Shown in pieces: positions 27,471 to 40,260 of a stretch of 64,000 nt of DNA. How positions within the stretch are numbered: the stretch's first letter is position 1; the number at the start of each line of letters is the position of its first letter. This DNA comes from Octopus sinensis (taxonomy: Eukaryota): NCBI RefSeq assembly GCF_006345805.1, contig NC_043005.1, positions 40,362,001 to 40,426,000 on the forward strand, given 5' to 3'. Both the position numbers and the translations under genes were made by a program. The notes beneath the pieces are model-generated. The model searched no databases, had not been told where the DNA came from, and saw only the letters and a list, made by a program, of their open reading frames with translations.

Positions 27471-28324
27471 TTATTTATATCATACGTTCGTGAGCATGAG
27501 TGGCGAAACAAATTTAAAATCAAGAAAAACTATTCACGAATCTCATTTCATGCATTATGAAATGTCCATTATGTTTTCCTGTAAATGTTTTTGTTTTCCA
27601 TCATATATAAAATATATCTACGGTTTTCATGTTATACTAAATATACGTACGTTCTATACAGTTCTTGTCAATGTCTCTACTTCCGTTGTTTTTCAGCATT
27701 TTTTACAATACATTTTACCATCACTTTTTTTTTACAACGGTAAACTGCCTATTAACCTAAAAAGTTATGCATAGGCATGTTTCTTGGAAACTTGAGAGTG
27801 ACACCAATACAGAGAGGAAGTGTAGCTTCTTTTTGACACATGAACACAACGTTTCATCCAAGAGTAAGCAAAACCCATGAACCTCAAAATGCAACTGATA
27901 ATAGTGAATATATTACATTTCTGTGTAAGATAGCTCTCAAAAATGTCAAGATATTACTTTCTTATCTGGTATGATCTTGTTTCTGAAACAACATACAAAA
28001 CCAAACGGAAGAAGGACAGCGCTGGGGTAAATACTGAATATATATTTTTGACGTTGAGTACGCCTACATGCTAGAAATAACAATTAAACCTCTCCCGTCC
28101 CTAATAACCTAAGATAGGGAAATGTAATCCTAAGGATAGTGTAGTCTTATACACCACACAAAAAGACAAAATAACGGGATGGTCATAGCCGAAATGCCTT
28201 TGATTATATGTCTGTTCAATCAGGGATGATTTAAGGTTAAACAATATAAACAAAACAATAACAACAAAAGCAGCAGCGGCAGCGGCAACAACAACAACAA
28301 TGAAGAAGTCAGATATTAGATTAA

Positions 28325-28710
28325 AAAAATATGTACTATTACCACAGAGGTCAGCTGCTTAGTGGATGTGAACATTTTTTTCAAAGTCAGAGAGGAGACT
28401 ATTTATGGCTAATTGCTTCGAAACCTGTTGCTTCTCAACCTAGATAACAAATTTATATCTGTACCTACAATCATCAGGGCATTTGGCAACATTACAAGTA
28501 ACCAACTTGAAAAGTTGTTATTCTCAGGCAAAAGAAGAGACCATATGTTATTTGAGTAAATACGACCAGTAAGAGTAGAAAATATAGAAAACGTTAATGA
28601 AATTACCATGTAACTCTGTCACTTTATAAATTCAAATGATGTAGCTTTGTTTCTTTGTTAGAAACCATTTCATTCTTTATAAGAGAAGCAACCTGAGAAT
28701 TGAAAATAAT
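28325..28710 (+). mobile_element. RLE-type LINE (CATA family) C-terminus and 3' end; (CATA)n at 28711-28862
   Basis: EVSCLVDVNI..KVREETIYG*LLRNL..ISVPTIIRAFG..NQLEKL; 3' end similar to 56863-56931. Confidence 0.7.
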
Positions 28711-28862
28711 ACATACATACATACATACATACATACATACATACATACATACATACATACATACATACATACATACATACACACATACATACATACACAC
28801 ATACACACATACATACATACATACATACATACATACATACATACATACATACATACATACAT

Positions 28863-29320
28863 TGTGTCACTCAGACAACACCTGCTATACAGTAAAGAAA
28901 GGAATGAATACATTCTATGCATACCCAAAAGCAACACCATCTTTAGAACTGAAGAACTACTGTGTAGGTACTCTGAGAATATAACTGTCTCATGTGATCC
29001 AAAAGAAGCTGGACTGCTCTACCCAAACCAAATCTTGGAGGAGAATCAAGCATCATACCAGCAAAAACAATGCATGGGTACATGTCCCGTAAGCTAGAGA
29101 ACAACAACAGCATTGGGAGGAAGAATAGCCTCTAATGGTCATGTGATAGATACATTATATCCCAACGAGAAGGATATGCCTTCGTTGTACAGGAACAGAA
29201 GATAGCTATTAAATACCTGATAAACAAGGGGGACAAAGATACCACTAAAACTCCACGTTGTGATAAAAAAAAAGAACGTCGGCTCTGCTATACTAGTGTG
29301 GAAGCTATCACCCACTTGCT
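28863..29320 (+). mobile_element. RLE-type LINE (CATA family) fragment starting directly after (CATA)n
   Basis: KTMHGYMSRKL...EGYAFVVQEQKIAIKYL...RLCYTSVEAITHL (CCHC finger region). Confidence 0.75.
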
Positions 29321-29449
29321 GATGGGGTAGCAGTTGCGGTGGTTGAGTGGCTGGTTCCAGTGATATCAGATGAAACGTTCTGAGCTGCAACACTGAGCTT
29401 AATATTCCAGTGCTGGTCTTGTTGCAAAGGAGATCGATCATATGTTTGT

Positions 29450-30960
29450 GGATGACCGCTGGAAGGTCCTAGAGAACTGCAGGACTTTTCGGAATGCTAG
29501 CTTCATGGTTACTTACCATAGGATTCTTAGTTGAGTTGAGATTACGTCTGAAAGCAGCCAGTCACAGACCGAATGTCAACCGACTCAAAGACAACGGTGT
29601 AAGTAAGATTAATTCGTAGCAGCTTAGGGCTGTGCTACGTTGGGCTGGCCTCTCCACTCTGAGAACGCGGACACCCTACCGTCGACTGATAATGGGTATA
29701 TTGGTTCCCAATAAAGGAGCAGGAAACGTTTCTGTTCCAGGGAGACCCTCGCATTGGTAGAGTGCAGCAGTAGAGCGAGGCAGGATGGGGCCCTGGGGAT
29801 TTACTTTGGGTGCTGAGATGAGGGGTAGTCAGAGCAATGAGGTCTGACAAGGGAAAGCAGGTTTGAGGGATTTGTGTGGAGGTTGAGAGACGGTTTCACA
29901 CTTCTGACTCACGTACTGCCTACTAAGGAATCTCTATGCTTAGTAGAGGCACCCCCACACCTCGGTGTTCTGGAGTCTTAGACTTTGATGAAGCGCTCCT
30001 GACAGGGGAGACCAGGATTTGTATAAGGAGGACCTACCTAGTACTGTTATGAATACCACATTGGTGACCTACCTATCACTAAGCTGTGACCCGCCATCCG
30101 AGACGAGGTTCGTACGGTGATAAATCAGCTGAAGGGTGTGAAGGCAGCCGGTGTTTGTGGTATCCATGGGGAGATGATCAAGAAAGATGAGCATTTTACA
30201 GTCTTGTTCTTGTGGCAGATCATCTGCTCAATTTGGAATAGTGGCATCATACCACCTGACTGGAAGAGAGACATACGTGTAAGTATCATTATTTGGAAAG
30301 GTAAAGGTGACAGCCACGGCTGTAACAACTATAAGGCTGTTTCACTCTTCTTAGTGCCTGGTAAGGTATTTGCCAAGGTTATTCTAAACAGAGTGCGAAA
30401 TCATTTGCTTGTCTCTCAGAGTTCACGCCAAAAAGAGGTCAGCTACTGACAGGATCTCAAAGTTTGGTTCTTCAAGTTTCTGGTCTTACTTGTCTTGCTC
30501 TACAGTTGTGAGACCTGGACACTATCTGGTGCCTTAAGGGATCGCCTGAAATCCTTCGGTAGTAGAACGCTTCGCAGGGTTATGGGTTACCATTGGTCGG
30601 ATTTTGTATCCAACCAGCGACTACGCTTAGAAACTGAGATGCGTTCTGTTACTTGTACGATTCGAGAATGCTAACTCAAACTGTTTGGCCGTGTTGCTTG
30701 ATTTTCCGAGTTGGATCCTGCGTACTGTTTTCTCTTCTCCGAGGATCTGGCTGGGGGTGTCAACTTGTGTTGGTTAGTCACATGCCTCATGGTCACAGCA
30801 AATGAGGAAATATTTCGTGGAGATGGGAACTGGCTGGGACACTGCTCGGCGAGTTGCCTGAGACGACCCGAACAGATACCAACAAATGGTGGATGCAGTA
30901 ACGTGTTCCAACGGCGCATACCTCCATACCTGACGTGACATGATCTGACCTGACCTGTGG
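29450..30960 (+). mobile_element. RTE-clade LINE, internally deleted, (TGACC)n-like tail
   Basis: INQLKGVKAAGVCGIHGEMIK...WKGKGDSHGCNNYKAVSLFLVPGKVFAKVILNRVR then LLYSCETWTL...SFGSRTLRRVMGYHWSDFVSNQRL; 5' boundary uncertain. Confidence 0.85.
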
Positions 30961-31234
30961 TCAAGGAAACACACTCAAGAAAGTTGCACCAAAACAGAAT
31001 CGCAAACAAAAAGGCTTTATGCCAGTCAGCAGAAATCATATATGGTTTTATAGTCAGAAACAGATAAACAGAGTATTCTACTTTAGAACTGCAGCCGGTG
31101 TATTCGTTCTCACTTCGAAGGGTGTAGCTTTGCAATCCAGAAACAGCAAATAAGAAACAAACAAAAAAGGAGAAAACCTGACATATAAAAAGAATAAGGA
31201 TGTAGGTAAAACATCTACATGGTACAACTTAATG

Positions 31235-31350
31235 TAGAATTAACTCCAAGATGTGATGCACATCATTAGCAGCTGTCCAAAAAATGTCCTCTTGATAGTA
31301 TCTATCTATAATGCATGATGTAGTGGCCAAAACTTCATATAACTTATCCT
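31235..31350 (+). mobile_element. RLE-type LINE (CATA family) short fragment
   Basis: DVMHIISSCPKMSS...HDVVAKTSYN, homologous to 63506 and about 56450. Confidence 0.6.
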
Positions 31351-32349
31351 TAATATAAAAGAATATTGGAGCAATATTTTCATCAAAACTTCTGGAAGGT
31401 GCAGGTAGAACATACAAATCATAATGAACTAAGACAGAAAAGAAAGAATAGAGCAAAAGAAATCAGTTCTTCAGTTGAGGAGAAGACAAAAACATTTCGT
31501 ACGCCAGACTTATGAGAAATTTGCAGCTGCTACAGTCAGATTATAACTTTATATATATATAAAGGTTTTGTAGTACTTGGCTATGTATCTAAAACACGGC
31601 ACTCTTGAAAAAGTGGGCTTCACAAAACATGAAAGAACGCAGCTAAGTAGGAAATTACAATTACAAACCTAGAGCTGTAGAGCTGTGAAATTATATAAAC
31701 CATTCAAAGATGTTTTATCTGTTATATGTACACGCGCACACACACACACACGTATATCTATGAAATGCGGCATGTAAAGACAGAGAAGAACTGTTGTTCT
31801 GAGGAGAAAACATTTCGTAAACTAGTTCGTACGATACCTTGATGGAAACACAACATTTCGATGTTAAGAAAAGGAGAGACAATGGAATTGGCGGAGGTCT
31901 GAGTAGAGGTTTCACGAGATCAGCCAGTTCCGTGGAATAGAGACTACTGTAGTAAGATTTGAAACGAAAATACAAAAATAGAAGACAATACGTCAACGGG
32001 TTAAAGATTGAATTGTACTGGTGAGAGCTTTAACATTATTCAGTCGGGTAGCCTTTATTTTATGCCTCTTGAATGTTTATGGGTAGTAACAATACGGTTC
32101 CATATGTGGGCGAAGCATTTTATTGTGGGTTTCACTTGTGCTTTGTGTAGATTTAGCATTTGTTGAGAGCTGAAGTAATTTCTAAGTCTGAAGAGGAAAA
32201 CCGGTATTGTGTTGTAGTTTATGCTATGCTGAAGATGCGAGACCTTCAGGAAAAGTTATCAATGATGATGAAACCTAGCATTTTTAATTGACTTTGAGGA
32301 TAGTAGTTATGTGTTGTTTATATTTAGGGAGTTACGGTACAATATTATT

Positions 32350-33000
32350 TTCTCAAAATGTTTCATGATAGGATCTTTGTGCGGCTGGGAAAGACAATTG
32401 ACATGACTCCATTCGAAAGATGATTTTGATGTCTCTATTCAGGGTTTCAGTACTGGGTTTGTGGTGGGGGGTCTCGGCTACATGTAGATGATGTTTGTCT
32501 GCTGAAGATGATGTTTGGCAGCAGAGTGGAGGGTAGTACATAAGCATATAAGTTGGCACAGTTGGAGGTGACAGCAAAGAAATCAGCAAAGTATAGAAGG
32601 AAGAAGCTTGGGACATACTAAAGCTGATAGTATGAATGTCAAAGAGAGCACCATTCGCAAAGGCCACGATAGCGTCACCTGTCGGAAAGCCTCTGATTTA
32701 AGCAATGGAAAGTGGATGGGACCGGTGTGCAGCATAACCGGTGGAAATATTTGTTATACCAAGTTACTTTCATCAGTTTTTAAAGGGTGGGGCAAAATCC
32801 TGTGACACAAGACTGTCTCACTCCACCGCATCTGATGAAGGACAGGATTGAAGATGTTGAAGATGGCTGTTGTTGAGGGATGTTTCCATCACCTTTGAGA
32901 TGTTTGAAGTGTGCGGCATTTCGTTGACTGCGGAGTAAGATATGTTGCTATTCTTGGGAAATAGATACACCATATTTGATAAGATCGGGAAAGAAAGAGA
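32350..33000 (-). mobile_element. L2/CR1-group LINE RT fragment, heavily decayed
   Basis: TSNISKVMETSLNNSHLQHL; IA*IRGFPTG..VAFANGALFD; PSFFLLYFADFFAVTSN; LNRDIKIIF. Confidence 0.65.
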
Positions 33001-33820
33001 GACAGGTGGGAGGAGACAGAGAAAGAAAGAAAGAAAGGGAGAGAGACAGAAAAATAACAAAGAGTTTGACACTAATAGTGGTTAGCTCAGGGATGCATTG
33101 TTTGAGGTAATGGAAGGGATATCCACAGCGCTAGTCTCCCTGCTGGTTTGAGCGACCAGAAGTGATTTCGTCCTTGTTACATTTGAGTACGCGATAAGTT
33201 GCTCGCTGGAGTGGAAGGAAATAGCTTCGGAAACGCTCTAAGATTTACTATGTAGAATTGGATGTAAAACGGGCAGAAAAATGTGTAGGCACTCTATGCA
33301 AGACTATTCCTGCTTACAGAACCATCATGTTTAGGAAGTTCAAGGAAGGCAGATTTCCGAAAGTTGTTAGAGGTCTTTAACCAACTGTCCTAAATAATCG
33401 GCTGTAGTTTGGGAAGAACGAGAGCTTAAAGGCTGTGATGTACAAAGCATCCTTCACGTTTCCGACGTAGATGTTGGGTTTATTCTAAAAAGCTAACGCT
33501 AGACCGACTTAAAAGAAAATATTCAGTGGCATCTAGCGGTGCCTACGTAAGTTTGCAATGTAACCTTTTGAGTTGTTGGATGAATTTTACAATATTTGCG
33601 AAGGAATATGGTGTGAATTTCAGTATAACATAATATGAACCAACCCAAAATGAAACAATAATTAAATAGAATAATAAAAAATAGTTGTAACGGTAATGTT
33701 AACAGCATCGCCACCACCACCACCACAGAAACCAAATCCACCACCACCACCACCACCACCACCACCACCACCACCACCACCACTACTACTACTACATAGT
33801 GGTGGTGGTGGTTGTAATAA

Positions 33821-34032
33821 TCCTTTCTACTGGAGGCACAGGGCCTCAGGTTTGTGGGGAGGGGACTAGTCGATTACATCGACCCCAGTGTTTCACTGGT
33901 ATTTTAATTTATCGACCCCGAAAGGATGAAAGGCAAAGTCGACTTCAGCGGAATGAGAATTCAGAACGTAGCGACAGGCGAAATACTGCTAAGCATTTCG
34001 TCCAGCGCGCTAACGCTTTTGCCAGCTCGCCC
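33821..34032 (-). mobile_element. SINE family B
   Basis: Close match to the reverse complement of 41914 with the alternative TCCTTTCTAC 3' end. Confidence 0.85.
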
Positions 34033-34061
34033 CCCTTAGTTGTGTAATAATGAGTATAAGA

Positions 34062-34100
<39 letters not shown>

Positions 34101-34541
34101 AGGGAGGGGGAGAAACAAGGGTAAAAGCAGAGAAGAAAGAGAAGCATGAATTTTAACACTATTTTTTATTATTCTTGATGTTATTGTTGATTTATTGCAC
34201 CAAGATTGCTCTTTAGAATGTGAAACCATAAATGTTGAAATGAATAATTATGCACAAATTATCGCGAAATTCACAGAACCTTTTCCTAATTAACTAATAA
34301 CAAACTGTCCTAAATAATACAAAAACGACACCATCAACAAGAACAAAAGAAAACACAAAACAAAATAAAACGAAGAAGCATCTACGTGCTGCTTCGACAT
34401 AGAAATAGCTGCTAAATTCTATCTTAAACAAGTAAAGAATATATTGATGCAGACCTAGATATATTATGAATAAAAGATGAGTTGGTCCTGGCTGGAATGC
34501 CTCTGAATAAACAGTAACAGTATATGAAACACACGTACAAG

Positions 34542-34604
<63 letters not shown>

Positions 34605-34645
34605 CGATTCTGTCATCACTACTTCGGAAAGTACAGTGAAGTATA

Positions 34646-34690
34646 TTCGTCGCTGATGAGGTCTGATTAGATCGAAACATGTCTGGAGTT
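34646..34690 (+). ncRNA. Minimal type I hammerhead motif, canonical core, decayed stem I
   Basis: CTGATGA-GGTC-TGATTA-GATC-GAAA-CATGTC; palindromic ACATGT helix III; GUC site at 34681-34683. Confidence 0.55.
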
Positions 34691-35399
34691 GTGTACCATC
34701 TTACCGAAATAATTAAAATGGTAGTAATAATTAAACTAAGGTTGCCTTTTAATCACCATATAAATATTTTTATTTTAAATTAAATATCTCAAGTTCACGT
34801 CATTAAATAGATTACCTTTAGTCAGAACGGAAAGGCAGAGTCCATGATCTTTCTTAAGACCTCCGATGCTGGTGGGACGGGTGAAAGGACTAAGGTATTC
34901 TTTAATCGGGGACCAGGCCCTCGCAAAAGAGTGGAATCTTTTACATGCACCTAAGGGCCAGGTTGTGCTGTTATATCTATTGGTGATTAACTTTAAAATC
35001 CAAATAGGTTATGATGGCATTTGAACTTAGAACGCAAAGAGGTGTAACAAACACCGCAAGGAATCCGGTCCGACGCTCTAACGAACCCACAAGTCCACCT
35101 CATTTGAATCGTATCTTGTTTAACAACTCGGAGAAAGCAATGGTAGTGTTCAGTAGCATTTGAACTCAGAACACAAGAAGCTGGAATAAATTTCACCATT
35201 TCGTTCGGTACTTTAATGCTTCTACAAATTTGCCAGGTGAAATTTTAACTAAGTAAAATTACAAGATGATATTATTGCGCTCAAATTTGAATTATTTCTA
35301 TTTCAGTGGACCTTGTACTAAACGCATGAACGAAGAATATTCTCATTATCGCTAAGAATATTTATTCCTACAACAACAACAACAACAATAATAATAAAT

Positions 35400-36030
35400 C
35401 ATGTCAGTGGCTGCCCAGTCCTGGCTAAGAAGAAATATATTCACAGACACGACATAGTTGGAACCTATATACACTGGAAGCTATGCCAACACTATGGAAT
35501 ATCAACAGAAAAAAGATGGTATAGGCACATGCCAGAAAATGTCACAGAAAATGAGAAAGCAACCATACTCTGGGATGTGCCAATACACGCAGAAAGAAAA
35601 ATTAATGGCCAATAGGCCGGATATAGACGTCAGAGATCACCAAGAAAAAAAAAGAGCTTTCTAATCGATGTATCAATACCAACAGATGACAACGCTTCTA
35701 CAAAAGAAACGGAGAAACTTTCAAAATACAAAGATCTGGAAATAGAGGTAACTCGACTGTAGAGACTAAAAACAGAAACAATTCCTATCATAGTAGGCGC
35801 ATTAGGTATGATAAAAAAGTATACAGACAAATACATAACAAAAACACCAGGACTAACAAGTATAATATAACATACAGAAAATAGCACTACCAGGCACTGT
35901 ACACATCCTAAACACTTTCAATACAGTAAAATAAGTGCATCACAACAAACCACATCACATACCCAAGGCACAAAGTACTGTGCTTAGTAGTGCAGTGAAA
36001 GCACGTGATAAAAATAAGATTACTGAATCA
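35400..36030 (+). mobile_element. R4/Dong-like RLE LINE, 5'-truncated 3' fragment
   Basis: HVSGCPVLAKKKYIHRHD...ANRPDIDVRDH...FLIDVSIPTD..KETEKLSKYKDLEIE..IPIIVGALGMIKK; preceded by (CAA)n(TAA)n. Confidence 0.9.
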
Positions 36031-36034
36031 ATCT

Positions 36035-36580
36035 CGTCCACTATACAACCTCTTTCGCCATCGCTATTAGGCATTTAAACACAGCTTTTTCTTCCCGGAT
36101 AAAGGAAGACGGCAGGGCGATCTTCACGATGGATTCAGTTGACAGCCGGATCTGTCCCACACGCGACAGTAGGTGTTCGACATAACCCCACAGGTCAGTA
36201 ATGCCCGGGCACTGGACGAGTGCATGTAAGACCGTCTGGTCGTCCTGCACGCATCTCAGTCATGCCCGGCTGTAAAGTTTATATCGAAAAGGTAATGTTT
36301 CCCCGTAGCACTGCCAGGTCAGAGATTTTTAGCAATTATCCATCGGTCCTGGGCTGAAAGATTTCCGGAAAAGAGCGGCTAGCTGATCTTTATCGACGCC
36401 CAAGGTCTCCCGAAGAACGTTGTCGCACTTTTCCGCCACTAATCCTTTATAAAAGGCTAAATTGAACTTTCCAATTATCGCAGTGTCTCATTGGCTGTGG
36501 GCTGTGTGGGCTTGAACACATTTCACTTTCTAAGTGCTCCCCTTCGATCTCTATTTTATCCTGGACTGCAGCTCCGTTAA
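36035..36580 (-). mobile_element. L1/Tx1-like LINE ORF2 C-terminal fragment
   Basis: QTVLHALVQCPGITDLWGYVEHLLSRVG..LSTESIVKI (zinc-knuckle region). Confidence 0.6.
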
Positions 36581-36719
36581 AGAAACTAGTTGCGGAAATA
36601 CGTGTCTGGCGAACAGAGACCCCCTTCGGTCATGACTGACCGTGGAATTGCACCTAGAAAGTTACGCTCCCAGGCACAAGTCCGGGCAAGGTTGTTTATG
36701 GAAGACCAGCAGTCGCCCA

Positions 36720-36930
36720 TGCATACCAGTGTTATCCAAGGGAAAAGGCAACAGCAGATACAGCTTGGCACCTGTGACGTCGCAACTCATTTCTACAGCT
36801 GAGTGAACTGGAGCAACGTGAAATAAAGTGTCTTGCTGAAGAACACAACACGCAGCCCGGTCCTGGATTCGAACTCACAACCTCACGATCGTAAGCCCGA
36901 CGCTCTAACGACTGAGCCATGCGCCTTCAC
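36720..36930 (-). mobile_element. tRNA-derived SINE family C
   Basis: GGCGCATGGCTCAGTCGTTAGAGC...GAGTTCGAATCC (A and B boxes) then GTGTTCTTCAGCAAGACACTTT body. Confidence 0.85.
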
Positions 36931-37017
<87 letters not shown>

Positions 37018-37073
37018 TATTATTATTATATTATTATTATTATTATTATTAATATTATTATTATTATTATTAT
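36931..37073. repeat. (AAT)n followed by (ATT)n, self-complementary microsatellite
   Basis: Visible tandem repeats. Confidence 0.95.
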
Positions 37074-37089
37074 AAACATGGCAATGGTG

Positions 37090-37240
37090 ACGAGCTGGTA
37101 GAACCGTTAACGCGTGGGAAAAATTGCTTAGCAGCGTTAAGTACCAGCTGAGCACCAAGGTCGATGGGTCGATATAATCGACTAGTCTCTCCTCTAAAAT
37201 CTCAGACATCGTGCCTAGAATAGAAGTGAACATTATTATA
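37090..37240 (+). mobile_element. SINE family B, internally deleted
   Basis: GGTGACGAGCTGGTAGAACCGTTA...TGCTTAGC joined to TTAAGTACCAG...GTCGATATAATCGACT. Confidence 0.7.
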
Positions 37241-37452
37241 CATCTGAACTCATGCTTAGGTTTCCACATTACATGGAGTTCTTCAATAGAGAAAAAAACT
37301 ATATTTAGGAACTGAGTTGTGTTTATAACACTATGGTTATTGGAAAATGGAGTCGAAACGAAGCAAAACGAATTATATATATACATACATACATACATAC
37401 ATAGATAGATACATATATATATACATATATACATACACACACACACACACAC

Positions 37453-37509
<57 letters not shown>

Positions 37510-38481
37510 TTTATTAAATTCATCTTGTTGTTAAACATAAATAAATTTGGAATTAAATGATTTGGATAATTTTTTAATAACGGTTTCGTCTCATTCATAG
37601 AGGCTCCTCGGATATTGGTTTTACAGAAATTTTCTTTGTCTTTTCTCACAAAGAAATTTTCTGTAAACACATATCTTAAGAATCGCCGCGAATGAGATTC
37701 CTGAGATATGCTAATAAATATCATTCAGAATTCTGACTACCTTCTTTTTCTTAATTTATGAAATGTATACATCACTTCAACAATATCTCTATATATATAC
37801 ATTTATGATGGCTGTTCACATGCGACGAAAGAAGACCATCGTTGGACCATAACACTGGTCATTAAGAAAATTGTCCACTCAAGGAGTAATAACCATGCAA
37901 AATGTCAGCATTGTCTGTGCAAGACTCTAGGTCCAATAAGGTTTTCACGGCGCCTCATAGACTCCCTTCGTCCTATTGTTATGATCTAGAAAGAAGCCAA
38001 TGCAAGATATCTATAGCCAATATGGGATGTAGTCTGAGGAATGTGGGAGCGTGAACAAAAGATCCCCAAAATGCCTAATGCCATTCCCTGCATATCTGGT
38101 TTTATATCAGCGTGGCCTTCTCCTGGAGACATCCTTTAACAAAAGCTGAAGGGTGCCCCACTTCCAGTGGTCTTCCAGTATGCCGAACATCAACCCGAAA
38201 TTTCTGAGGGCCCCTGCTATTGCTAGATAGTTGTTGAACCTACACTGAATTCATGTATTTTTTGACAGAGCTTGTTTTTGGTTCAGCTGAGTTTCGAGTA
38301 ACTCTCTTCAGCAGGCTAGCCTGGTGGAGATGCCGGTTTAGTCGCCTATGACCAGACTATGCAACAGGTTCTATTGGATCCCATGTTACCAGTAGCATTC
38401 ATTAAACACCTCAAAAGTTATCTTACCTACATGCAATACATACATACATGCATACATGTGCACGCGCGCACACACACAGAG

Positions 38482-38519
<38 letters not shown>

Positions 38520-38589
38520 GAATTAAAACCAGATCAGAGATTTGCTTATCTAAGTTTTATTTTACAGTTAATCATATGTTTCTTCATCA

Positions 38590-38677
38590 AGACCTACGCA
38601 CGTTTCCGTTGCAAGCCGGTGCACACTGTTAAAATCGCATCTTGGTGTTTATTATCGGTGTAACTTCATCAGGGTCT
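38590..38677 (-). ncRNA. Type I hammerhead ribozyme motif at a Penelope-like terminus
   Basis: AGACC-CTGATGA-(long stem II)-GAAA-CGTGCG-TA-GGTCT: perfect 5-bp stem I, GUA site, A.G mismatch at the base of stem II. Confidence 0.6.
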
Positions 38678-38699
38678 ACTTTAACTGTTTGCCGGATAT

Positions 38700-39000
38700 A
38701 CTCTGGTGGGAGTATAAGCTTGACTAGAATTATTTTCTAATGTGGTATTAGCGTTACTAAAAATAGTCATATATTTCGTGAACTTTAAGTCTCTCAAAGG
38801 GTCTCTCTTGGACGAAGTACCACAGTTCACAGCGTTTAACAACGTACATACATTATATCATTCTGATAATGTTTGCGTTATTTTAGTTGCTTCCAACAAA
38901 AATTCTAAGTTTAGTATTTTTGTCATTTCACTTCTCAGAGCACACGATTTCAATTGCTTCGATTTATGCTGTAAGAATGAACAAAAACTTGTCAAGAAAC
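38700..39000 (-). mobile_element. Possible Penelope-like ORF C-terminus upstream of the hammerhead motif
   Basis: KLRIF/LEATKITQ...YN weakly resembles the RxLEALxI..N end of Penelope GIY-YIG domains. Confidence 0.3.
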
Positions 39001-39039
39001 TCACAGTCTCTTTTCACGATACTTAACACCCAAGTACCA

Positions 39040-39520
39040 ATCTCAAAATCCTAACTGTCTCCAATAAAGCAGTTTTCTGAGCATATTCTGCCCTCATGTC
39101 AATCCCAATTTCTCCAACAAATTTCTCAAATCAGGTCGTTAATGTTCTCAGTGCCCTTACAACTACTAGGGTGATAGTTACTTTCTTCATTGCCCACATT
39201 CGTGCAATCTCATCTTTTAGTGGTTTGTACTTCTCAATCTTTTCCAGTTCTTTATCATCTACTCGTACATCCCCTGATATGGCAATATCTATGATCTTGG
39301 TTTCCTTCATCATTTTATTAACTACAACAATGTCTGGTTACCGAGCATCAATCACTGCATCACACTGTATCGTAATATCCCACAAAATGTTATTCTCATT
39401 TCTTTCGGCGACACCTTCTGGCGTATGCTCGTACCATTTCAATGTCCTTGTAAGGCTGTACTTCTTACACTCTAGCAAATTCATTGCATGGTGGTCCATT
39501 ATCAGCTTAAACTAAACAGT
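39040..39520 (-). mobile_element. R4/Dong-like RLE LINE endonuclease fragment
   Basis: ILWDITIQCDAVIDAR*PDIVVV..KETKIIDIAISGDVRVDDKELEKIEKYKPLKDEIARMW. Confidence 0.9.
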
Positions 39521-39829
39521 TATATTATCTCTGTCGACATCTTAAGCTTCGGGACATGGAAACACAAGGATTAAGTCAATGAAAATAATTCAGAAATATC
39601 TGCACTTCTCCATATCATGCATAAATTACACCAAAAATTGTTCAATCCTAATTTATCTGGGAATAAATGTCTGAAACCATAAATTTACTTTGCAGAAAAA
39701 AAAAACAGAAATTAAAAACACGTAATGGTTGATTCTATCCCCAAATATTCAGCTGGCAAAAAGGATTCCCATACAATGTACAATTTGTTAAACCAGTTTT
39801 GGTCATCGCCAATTAACTACTGCTCATCT

Positions 39830-40070
39830 CTGTTCCAAAGATAGATTCATTTTAATCAATGATACTGAAGGGATTTTGAAGAGATGGACTGAGTATTTCA
39901 CAAATCATTTTTACAATTCACTACCAAAAGATGAGAGCGTTATAGAAAACCTATCGTAGCACCATACTATTTAAGAAATGAATAATATTCTAAATTATAG
40001 AGGATTCAACATTGCCATAAAATAGATCAACCCAGGGAAGACCACAGAAACTGATGATGTACTAGTGAAT
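39830..40070 (+). mobile_element. RTE-clade LINE linker fragment
   Basis: LINDTEGILKRWTEYF...DESVIENL...AIK*INPGKT..D. Confidence 0.55.
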
Positions 40071-40071
40071 C

Positions 40072-40260
40072 TCCTGTTGAAACTGCTCGTCTATGTGCTC
40101 CTTCCATCTCTCATCGCTTGGTCAGGGATTTTCCTGTCAGATGGCGTAATCGCGGCCTCTACAGATGGAGTTCTCTCTGATGCTCTATCAGGTCTAGTGT
40201 GCTCTAAGATTTTGTCCCTCACACTCTTTCTTTTATACATCAACCACCTATGTGTCGTTG
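40072..40260 (+). mobile_element. L2/CR1-group LINE RT fragment
   Basis: LLKLLVY..PSLIAWSGIFLSDGVIA..DGVLSD...ILSLTLFLLYINHL. Confidence 0.7.

Noticed and set aside
27775-27863. Exon-like segment ending in GTAAGC with one open frame
   Set aside because: Weak acceptor, no partner exons, no recognisable product
32165-32215. CTGAAGA...GAAAACCGGTA hammerhead-like motif
   Set aside because: No stem II and no stem I pairing
26970-36930. tRNA genes at 27190-27260 and 36860-36925
   Set aside because: No complete cloverleaf; they are SINE heads followed by SINE bodies, one with a TSD
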